Positions 57,598-64,000 of a DNA stretch of 64,000 nucleotides are shown here, piece by piece. Under the pieces are notes generated by a model, which was given only the letters and a program-made list of their open reading frames with translations, had not been told where the DNA came from and searched no databases. Position 1 is the stretch's first letter, and each line of letters opens with the position of its first letter. Origin of the DNA: a virus; the IMG/VR virus record IMGVR_UViG_3300010885_011343, positions 29,879 through 93,878 of that record; one strand, written 5' to 3'. The position numbers and the translations under genes were made by a program.

Positions 57598-59124
57598 TTA
57601 TACCTCCAGTTGGTTAAGTTTATCTTCGTCTAACACAGGCTCCTCGTAGGCCACGTATTCAAACAATGCGTTAAACATAGTATTGGCATTTACAGTTTTC
57701 TTACCTTTAAAGCCACGAGTGCCTACAATTTCCATCCAATACTTACTATAGTGTTCAATGATAGCCTCTGAACTGGCACGGTCTGGTGCGGCAAAGATAG
57801 CTTCTACAATGTCTTTGAACTTTTCTCCGCCCGGCCCACTGTAGCGCATCATTGCAGGGTACTCGCCTAGGTCATATTGACGATTGGCACGTTGTACTGC
57901 TTCTAGGTGTGTCCAAACATTATGACCCATTAACAGTGCATAACTAAAACTATCCCAACTAGTCTTGCCTTCCTTGCCAATCTTATTTAGGTCGCCGGGC
58001 TTGTAGATACAAATATCTTTAAGGGTCAATTTCTTACTAATTGGGCTTTCATCAAACACAGGCCAATGACCTTCTGCAATGGTAGCAGGACCATAAGGTC
58101 TAGTGTCGGTGCTAAACTTCTTATCGTCGATGCTGGGCGCCATACGATAAGACCACTTCTCGTTGTGTGTTAAATCTATTTGGTGATAGACTTGCCCGTT
58201 CGCAGTCGCCAAAAACGGACTAGCACAATCAAAGCTAATAGTAAAAGAAGGATTGACATATTTTCTCACTGCTCGTTGAATATCGGTTAGTAGCACAGCC
58301 CACTCTAATTTGCTAGTACCCAAGAAGTGCATCCAATCGTGCAGGCCCTCTTGTAGCAAGTTGTCGTAACGTAGTGCTACCAAGCGTTTTAATACCAAGT
58401 GTACGTCACACATATTTTGGCCACCCATTGCCCAACCATCAAAGTGTGTATCTGGGTACACAGTTGGGTCGCAGAACTCTTTCATCTCTTGATACCAAGC
58501 CTCTGCACTGCCGTGGTTGTCACCTTGCAGTACATTTAGGAACTTGGCTCCGCCATTGTTCTTGCCCTTGCGGTTAGCCATAAAGTAATTGTTATTAAAC
58601 TTAGTAGCATCCACAGCTTCTTCTAGTGTGGTAATCTGGCAAGCCACACTAGCTTTCTTATCGTGGATGACCCAGGTTGGAATATCTAGAATCATTCCAT
58701 AGTCTGCAATACCATCTAACCATTTAAGCACAGCATCACGTTTCTTTTGTGCCTTGGGACAACCTGAATTGGCCTTCCAGTCGCCTTCCCACAGGCCCTT
58801 GGCAATTTGGAACCCACCAGAGTCGCCCAGTATAAAAGTTCCTGGCTCTCGATTACGAACCATATCTTCACTCCAGTCTTGTTTAGCAAGATCAAGATTG
58901 GCGTGTCCCCCGGAGTACAAACTCCATTTGTATGGAAATAATCCTTTAGAACTATTAAGCCAATTGAGTTGTTCCATATCAGTGATACCCTGCGGTAACC
59001 TAGTTGGGTCGACATAATTCTCGTTGCGTTGTTTGCCTATGAATGTAGCATAAAATCCGCTAATAGCAGGCAGGAACACAGCATAGTCTGATTGTTTGGC
59101 TGTTAGATTGTCTTGTTCAGTCAT
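57598..59124 (-). CDS. dpdA: TGT-fold guanine transglycosylase, DpdA-like
   Basis: DSGGFQ, LDIP, NVLQG, GWAMGG, HFLG and SFDCAS. Lacks the bacterial tRNA-TGT zinc motif and clusters with folE/queD/queE and replication genes. Confidence 0.8.
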   Translation of the reverse strand: MTEQDNLTAKQSDYAVFLPAISGFYATFIGKQRNENYVDPTRLPQGITDMEQLNWLNSSKGLFPYKWSLYSGGHANLDLAKQDWSEDMVRNREPGTFILGDSGGFQIAKGLWEGDWKANSGCPKAQKKRDAVLKWLDGIADYGMILDIPTWVIHDKKASVACQITTLEEAVDATKFNNNYFMANRKGKNNGGAKFLNVLQGDNHGSAEAWYQEMKEFCDPTVYPDTHFDGWAMGGQNMCDVHLVLKRLVALRYDNLLQEGLHDWMHFLGTSKLEWAVLLTDIQRAVRKYVNPSFTISFDCASPFLATANGQVYHQIDLTHNEKWSYRMAPSIDDKKFSTDTRPYGPATIAEGHWPVFDESPISKKLTLKDICIYKPGDLNKIGKEGKTSWDSFSYALLMGHNVWTHLEAVQRANRQYDLGEYPAMMRYSGPGGEKFKDIVEAIFAAPDRASSEAIIEHYSKYWMEIVGTRGFKGKKTVNANTMFNALFEYVAYEEPVLDEDKLNQLEV

Positions 59125-59308
59125 TTTTATTTAATAGCACCCAGGTTTTTAATTCAGGCGGTAGTTCGTTTTCGATTTCTTTACAGCGTTCTTTTAATTG
59201 AAGAATTGTGGTGTGTAAGTGCCCAGTGCTAGTCGGGCGCACACGTTCTCGAAGAATGGCTATCTCTTGTTGCAAAACTTGCCACCTAGTTAACGGATCA
59301 ATCAGCAT
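59117..59308 (-). CDS. Hypothetical protein
   Basis: TGHLHTTI motif. Confidence 0.5.
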   Translation of the reverse strand: MLIDPLTRWQVLQQEIAILRERVRPTSTGHLHTTILQLKERCKEIENELPPELKTWVLLNKND

Positions 59309-59648
59309 TGCCAGCTTCTTTGGTCAGTATGTCTATAATTTGGAACTGCTCGTAGGCCTGTCTAAGACCTGGGTGCCTTTCCATACGTGCCTTGAGAGCA
59401 CTTTCTTCATTCATCTTATTAAACGCCCAGTCAATGGCACTTTGTGCCACGCCAGATAATCCTATACTTGGCGAAGACATATTAAGTTGCATCCAATTGT
59501 TACCATCAAATACTTCCATTTTTTGCATAGAAGTATTATAACGCATATTGCCTACGCCTTGAGCACCTGAGTACCCATTGACATAGGTACTAGCACTACT
59601 CCCGCCTATGGTAATATACGGAGAAGATGAATGGATTGAGTCTATCAT
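59298..59648 (-). CDS. Hypothetical protein
   Basis: GNMRYN...EVFDGNNW motif; start at an ATGA overlap. Confidence 0.55.
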   Translation of the reverse strand: MIDSIHSSSPYITIGGSSASTYVNGYSGAQGVGNMRYNTSMQKMEVFDGNNWMQLNMSSPSIGLSGVAQSAIDWAFNKMNEESALKARMERHPGLRQAYEQFQIIDILTKEAGNAD

Positions 59649-60376
59649 TTTGTCTGTGCAGGCAGTGTGTAGTTCCAAATAGCAATACCGCTGTTAACAG
59701 TAATCTGTGCGGCACCTTCATCACTGATACGCAACATTTTGTCACCGGGCAAGTTTAAGATGCTGATAACAACACCAACTGGCCAAGCCCAGGCCTTGCT
59801 CAAACTGCCACTAACGCCATTGGCAAACACAAAGTTACCTGCGTGACTACTATGGTCACCAAAGTAAAACTCTAGATCGCCTTTGTTAGTTTTGGCGATA
59901 AAAGTAGTTTCTTCACTGTTAGCACTGGCTTGGAACTTCAAACGTTGAATGCCAAGATTGGTTGGCTCAACTTCTACACCCCACTTGACGCCCTTGAACT
60001 TTACAGTTTTAAGTTTGTCATTGATAATTTCTGCAGTCATAAAACGATAGTCGTTTTTAAAGTCGCCAGTTTTGTTTTCAAAGTGGATGCCAACTGGAAC
60101 ATCCTCTCCATTACGATTCTGTTTAAGAATATCTGTCTTAGCGCCTTCTTTGTATTCGCTAATGTTAAGCACTGTATTGAGCTTGCCCAAGTTAGGCATA
60201 CCAAAGGTGCCCATAAAGTCTGCTACGGGGCCTGCAAACTTGGCCTCAACCATAACGCTACGATCTTCTGCAATAGCATTTACAGTGGTTTCTTGTTCAG
60301 TGCCAACGACCTTAACTAGGTCAATGACGCCTAAACCGTGTGTGTGTTGTACAATATCTAAAAGTTGGTCTTTCAT
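59645..60376 (-). CDS. DNA polymerase sliding clamp, gp45-like
   Basis: 243 aa, immediately downstream of the polymerase, with a clamp-like alpha/beta pattern. Confidence 0.6.
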   Translation of the reverse strand: MKDQLLDIVQHTHGLGVIDLVKVVGTEQETTVNAIAEDRSVMVEAKFAGPVADFMGTFGMPNLGKLNTVLNISEYKEGAKTDILKQNRNGEDVPVGIHFENKTGDFKNDYRFMTAEIINDKLKTVKFKGVKWGVEVEPTNLGIQRLKFQASANSEETTFIAKTNKGDLEFYFGDHSSHAGNFVFANGVSGSLSKAWAWPVGVVISILNLPGDKMLRISDEGAAQITVNSGIAIWNYTLPAQTK

Positions 60377-60393
60377 AGGTTCTCCTGTGTGTA

Positions 60394-60422
60394 ATTATAT
60401 AGAATGTATTTAGAAAATACAA
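60394..60422 (-). promoter_or_regulatory. Composite promoter: sigma70 with TAAATA in the spacer
   Basis: TTGTAT-17-TATAAT, containing the same TTCTAAATACATT as the folE promoter. Confidence 0.6.
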
Positions 60423-60436
60423 GTCAAAAGGTAAAA

Positions 60437-63097
60437 TTATTCAAAGCTGAATAAGCTATCGAATGTGGTTTTAATTTCTGTAAAGTCTGGAATGTTCCAG
60501 TTAAGTACACCTAAAAGGTTTTCTACCTTTTGGTCTACAATGCCCATTTCCATACTGTCTTGGTCAAATGGTAGGTCTTTAAACCATTGTGGAATGTGTG
60601 TTTCATCTGTTGGGTAACCAACTGACGTATATCCCAATGGGTTATCTTTCAGCTTACAGACAATAGTTTTCATACCATCTGTGATGGCCAAACTATAGTT
60701 GTCACCGTGCATACGGCGTAGGCTATTCCAGTTCATTGCGGCTCTAACGTGGCCGGGCATATTGGTCTTGCCCAGTCTTTCTTCTTCCTTGGTAAACTTG
60801 GTCAAGTTATTAACACGCTTAGGAGTACCTTTTTCCCAAGCAGGTCTGTCAGCAAACAACAATTTAAATGCACGTACACGATCGTAAATTGATTCTTTGG
60901 TAGCACCAGTTAGCACTTCCTGCAGGATCTCGCTTAAGAAGTCTTGCACAACTTTTGGAGTATCACTACGCTTAAGGTCCAAGCCCATTGCCTTGACCTT
61001 GCCAGGCTTGCCGTGTAGATCTAATCTGTTGTTTTCTAGATCATAGATCAATACTGCGTAACGTTTCTTCTTGATGAACAGACCTTTGGAGGCAACCAAC
61101 TCTCGACCACCCTTGATCAGTTCGCCCATCTCTCGCGGACAGTGGAATGCACGTTCCATAAATCCAGGAAAGCTCTCGTTGACTTGATCACCAATTTGGT
61201 CATACAGTTGTACGCATATTTCTTTGTTCCATTGCATACGCCCTGCTTCTACATCTTCCTTGATGGCAGGCCAGGCACTAAAGTACACAGAGTCTGTGTC
61301 ACCGTAGATAATACTTTCGCCAACGTGATCGTAAGAGCCAAAGATGCATTCATTAACAAAACTATCCATATGCTTGGCAATGGCACGACCAGTTAAAGTA
61401 GTGCTCTGACCAATGCGCTTGTCAAAGAAACGACAACCGGGATTAAGAATAGCACCGTATAACGAGTTGAGGTTAATCTTCTTAACCAATTGCCTCTTGT
61501 CCCAAAAGGCCTTGTCCTCTGGAGTAGTTGCTTCTTTCTTTTTAGCCTGTAATTCTTTACGTTCTGCATACCAGCGTTCCAGGATTCCTGGGATAACTCC
61601 TTTGGCATCATACTTAAAAATAGTTCCATTGGAACTTAAGATCCAGGGCTGTCTACTGTCAAAGACCAGCTTCCAGATATCAGCCGCACTCATAACGTCA
61701 CTGCCACCGCCTTCCCAATCAATGGTAATTTCTGTTCCGGGCTCACAGTTCATCACAGCAGTGTATTCTAGGCTTCCGAATAATCCTTCCCAAGCTTCAG
61801 CAAAGCTGGACCCGGCTGCGATTTTATCTGCAACGTATTTGTCTGACATTGTTTGTCTAAGTTGTCCGACAATTGTTTCTGGGGCCATATTAAGGGCTCG
61901 AATAGCCGAGGGATAGAGCGAGTTGATGTCAATTGCTCCAATCCAGTCGTGCATACCTTTTTTGGGGTAAGCAACATAGGCACCTGCCGCTTGCGTGTCA
62001 CCTTGATCATCTCTGTTTCTCCTATTTTGAACTACTAAACCTCGTTGATGTGCTTCATTAATAATGGCCTGTTCTGTAACAGCCACAGCACCCATTGTTG
62101 TTGCCAACAGCACAGTATTATCGTGTGCCAGTTCGTTGGCCAGGTCTAAGAATCTTAACTTCTTATCCAGCCTGGACAACAACATTGTATCTTGTCGATT
62201 GTACTCAATAAATTTAGGAAAGTCTTTATTGTAGAGTTGATCCAGTGTGCCTTCGTATTGTGTTTTACGTTCACCAAGCTCGTACTCAGCAATGGCATCT
62301 AGACTGTAACTATGTCTTTCTTCGTATGTGTATTTGCGATATAGTTGCATATAGTCTAGATGTACACGACCTATTAGATCGAATGTTAGATTTTCTGCAC
62401 CAAATCGCTCAAAGGTTCTTTCCTTGGGAAACTGACTCCACAGACAAAAGCGGCGTGTGTCATCTTTGGTAAGGATGCGTTTAGTACGCATAACCATATA
62501 TGGAATATCAAAGCCTTCTGAGTTCCAGCCACTTAAGATGTCTGCATCGTCGATCAAGTTAAGGAAGGTATCTAGTAGGTCTTCCTCACGCTCAAAGAGA
62601 AAACAGTTTTCATATTTGTCGGCAATTTCTTGTGCAGTTTCTCGACTGAGGCTCTTTGGGGGTATCACCAGGGTAACTAGCTTATCCATCCAGTCCAAGT
62701 ACACCGACACCGCAGTAATAGGATTAAAGGGATCTGCAGGTTTACTAAAACCTCGCAGTGGATCAAAGTCTACCTCAATGTCAAAGAAAGCTGTTTGTAA
62801 CCTGGGCGATTCAATGCCAAGGTAGTGTTCTGCCAGACATCTAAAAATAGGATTGATGTCAGATTCCCACAGGCGCTTGCCAGAGTGTACTTTTAATTCT
62901 TTATGGAATTCTTTGTTGTTGCGAGTGCTAAATCTGCTAACAGGTGTGCCGTACACTGTGTTAAATTTGCCTCTAGGGTCATCGTAGTAGAATATGTAAT
63001 TGGCAGGATATTCATTATAAACCCTCTTGCCGTTTACACGTTCAACTACGTGAATTCGATCGTTGCTACGATCGTACAATGCGTCTACGTAACTCAA
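60437..63097 (-). CDS. Family B DNA polymerase (gp43-like)
   Basis: Exonuclease motifs FFDIEV, GWNSEGFDIPY, YSLD and YNRQD; polymerase motifs DINSLYPS, KINLNSLYG and YGDTDS. Confidence 0.97.
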   Translation of the reverse strand: MSYVDALYDRSNDRIHVVERVNGKRVYNEYPANYIFYYDDPRGKFNTVYGTPVSRFSTRNNKEFHKELKVHSGKRLWESDINPIFRCLAEHYLGIESPRLQTAFFDIEVDFDPLRGFSKPADPFNPITAVSVYLDWMDKLVTLVIPPKSLSRETAQEIADKYENCFLFEREEDLLDTFLNLIDDADILSGWNSEGFDIPYMVMRTKRILTKDDTRRFCLWSQFPKERTFERFGAENLTFDLIGRVHLDYMQLYRKYTYEERHSYSLDAIAEYELGERKTQYEGTLDQLYNKDFPKFIEYNRQDTMLLSRLDKKLRFLDLANELAHDNTVLLATTMGAVAVTEQAIINEAHQRGLVVQNRRNRDDQGDTQAAGAYVAYPKKGMHDWIGAIDINSLYPSAIRALNMAPETIVGQLRQTMSDKYVADKIAAGSSFAEAWEGLFGSLEYTAVMNCEPGTEITIDWEGGGSDVMSAADIWKLVFDSRQPWILSSNGTIFKYDAKGVIPGILERWYAERKELQAKKKEATTPEDKAFWDKRQLVKKINLNSLYGAILNPGCRFFDKRIGQSTTLTGRAIAKHMDSFVNECIFGSYDHVGESIIYGDTDSVYFSAWPAIKEDVEAGRMQWNKEICVQLYDQIGDQVNESFPGFMERAFHCPREMGELIKGGRELVASKGLFIKKKRYAVLIYDLENNRLDLHGKPGKVKAMGLDLKRSDTPKVVQDFLSEILQEVLTGATKESIYDRVRAFKLLFADRPAWEKGTPKRVNNLTKFTKEEERLGKTNMPGHVRAAMNWNSLRRMHGDNYSLAITDGMKTIVCKLKDNPLGYTSVGYPTDETHIPQWFKDLPFDQDSMEMGIVDQKVENLLGVLNWNIPDFTEIKTTFDSLFSFE

Positions 63098-63104
63098 ATT
63101 TTTT

Positions 63105-63178
63105 CTCCTATGTCACTTTTAGCTGACAAATACTTTTCTTCTTGCCGTTTATAGTCCGGCGAGACTTTGATGTATTTA
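63105..63178 (-). promoter_or_regulatory. Polymerase 5' leader: TAAATA, H-type pseudoknot and pre-SD hairpin
   Basis: AGUC-UC-GCCG-GACU-AUAAA-CGGC, then a UGUCA/UGACA hairpin abutting UAGGAG. Confidence 0.55.
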
Positions 63179-63817
63179 ATGTTTACTATTGTCGATAATA
63201 AAATTACCTGATACGCTAATTCTGTAATCATCGCTGGTATAAAAAGAGAATGCTTCGTGAATAAATTTTGAAGGAAACACTATTATACTACCTTCTGCAG
63301 ATTTATCAACCTCAATTATCTCGTTTGCAATCTCTCCAATGGAGTTACTGTAGCAAAAAGAAAATGCTCCTGGTACAGGACTGTTAGAGTGTTTACCGGG
63401 GGATACACGTTTTTCTTCTTCAAGGTCGTAGGGGACTTTGACCCAAAGAACAAAACTTAAAACTCCTGAGTGTCTGTGCGGAGGATTAAACTCGTGTTTC
63501 TTTTGAAAATTAACCCAGGCATTGCCCAAACATATTGGCGATTGATGTTTTAAATGACCAAATGTATCAAAGTAATTAAACTGCTGGTTGTATGCCAAGA
63601 CATACGGCATTAGTGCAGTCTCTATGGCAACACCGTTGCTGAGCTCGTATTCACGTTCTATTTGTCCGTATAACGCGGGCGCGGCAGTTACGTTCTTAGC
63701 GTCGTCAAAGTTTGATTGTATACGATCAATCTCGTCAGTGATAGGTTTCAACTCTTCGGCACTGAGTTTTGCACGTATGTAACCGTAGTTGGGAAATGTC
63801 TTCCAGGCAAATTCCAT
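63176..63817 (-). CDS. 2OG-Fe(II) oxygenase-like protein
   Basis: WVNFQ...HRHSG.LSFV, FPS..H and RISVSGN. Confidence 0.75.
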   Translation of the reverse strand: MEFAWKTFPNYGYIRAKLSAEELKPITDEIDRIQSNFDDAKNVTAAPALYGQIEREYELSNGVAIETALMPYVLAYNQQFNYFDTFGHLKHQSPICLGNAWVNFQKKHEFNPPHRHSGVLSFVLWVKVPYDLEEEKRVSPGKHSNSPVPGAFSFCYSNSIGEIANEIIEVDKSAEGSIIVFPSKFIHEAFSFYTSDDYRISVSGNFIIDNSKH

Positions 63818-63999
63818 TACAATACCATCCTAATCAATCCAACGGTGTCGATTGCGGTAAGCAGGCAGTAATTAGCCAGCATACCAAAGGAACGCCGACT
63901 ATAAGCGCACCAAGCGTATATAGCACAACCTGTAATCCAAATGGGGTACAAGGCAAGAAGAGGAGGAGTAGGCACGGTGACGGCCATAGTGATAGAACA
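63817..63999 (-). CDS. Small membrane protein, 5'-truncated
   Basis: Open frame CSITMAVTVPTPPLLALYPIW...IDTVGLIRMVL*, with its stop overlapping the next ATG. Confidence 0.55.
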   Translation of the reverse strand, partial: CSITMAVTVPTPPLLALYPIWITGCAIYAWCAYSRRSFGMLANYCLLTAIDTVGLIRMVL

Positions 64000-64000
64000 G

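Noticed and set aside
57598-59124. Canonical tRNA-guanine transglycosylase (tgt)
   Set aside because: It lacks the CxCxxC...H zinc motif and sits with replication genes, so a DNA-acting DpdA fits better, though this is not proven.
60437-63097. Intein, intron or split in the DNA polymerase
   Set aside because: The ORF is a continuous 886 aa with normally spaced motifs.
63176-63817. 2OG-Fe(II) oxygenase as a TET/JBP-like base hydroxylase
   Set aside because: It has an HxH motif typical of a widespread phage oxygenase family rather than the TET/JBP HxD pattern. Proximity to the polymerase alone is insufficient.
1-64000. Stop-codon reassignment
   Set aside because: Standard-code ORFs tile the window densely, including a 12-kb ORF, and TAA, TGA and TAG all serve as stops.
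1-64000. tRNA genes, integrase, transposase or reverse transcriptase/DGR
   Set aside because: None was recognised. Intergenic gaps are short and explained by promoters and terminators, but tRNAscan was not run.

Overview
A 64-kb segment of a large T4-like (myovirus, jumbo-type) phage genome in the standard genetic code. The + strand from 1 to 32.1 kb is a late virion module: baseplate gp53/gp27/gp5/gp25/gp6-like genes, a 3,991-aa giant wedge/tail protein, and collagen-like and other fibres. It is followed directly by four glycosyltransferase-like genes and two radical SAM genes. The - strand from 32 to 64 kb carries a nucleotide-sugar pair (SDR epimerase/dehydratase and DegT aminotransferase), thyA, an early region of sigma70 promoter cassettes (MoxR AAA + vWA peptidase, ParB-like + HNH-like pair), a cell-wall hydrolase and RNase H. 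It also carries a 7-deazaguanine DNA-modification cluster (dpdA-like, DpdL-like, GT-B glycosyltransferase, galE, folE, queD, MazG-like, queE; no queC in the window), then the sliding clamp and family B DNA polymerase. Four things stand out. (1) The deazaguanine cluster has an embedded glycosyltransferase and GalE, suggesting a sugar-modified base. (2) A preQ1-I-riboswitch-like element lies in the queD leader, with related H-type pseudoknots before folE and the polymerase, each just downstream of a TAAATA late-promoter motif. (3) A probable virion-glycosylation island sits beside a Thr-rich collagen fibre. (4) One radical SAM enzyme has its domain order permuted. All calls come from motifs read by eye; no database searches were run.
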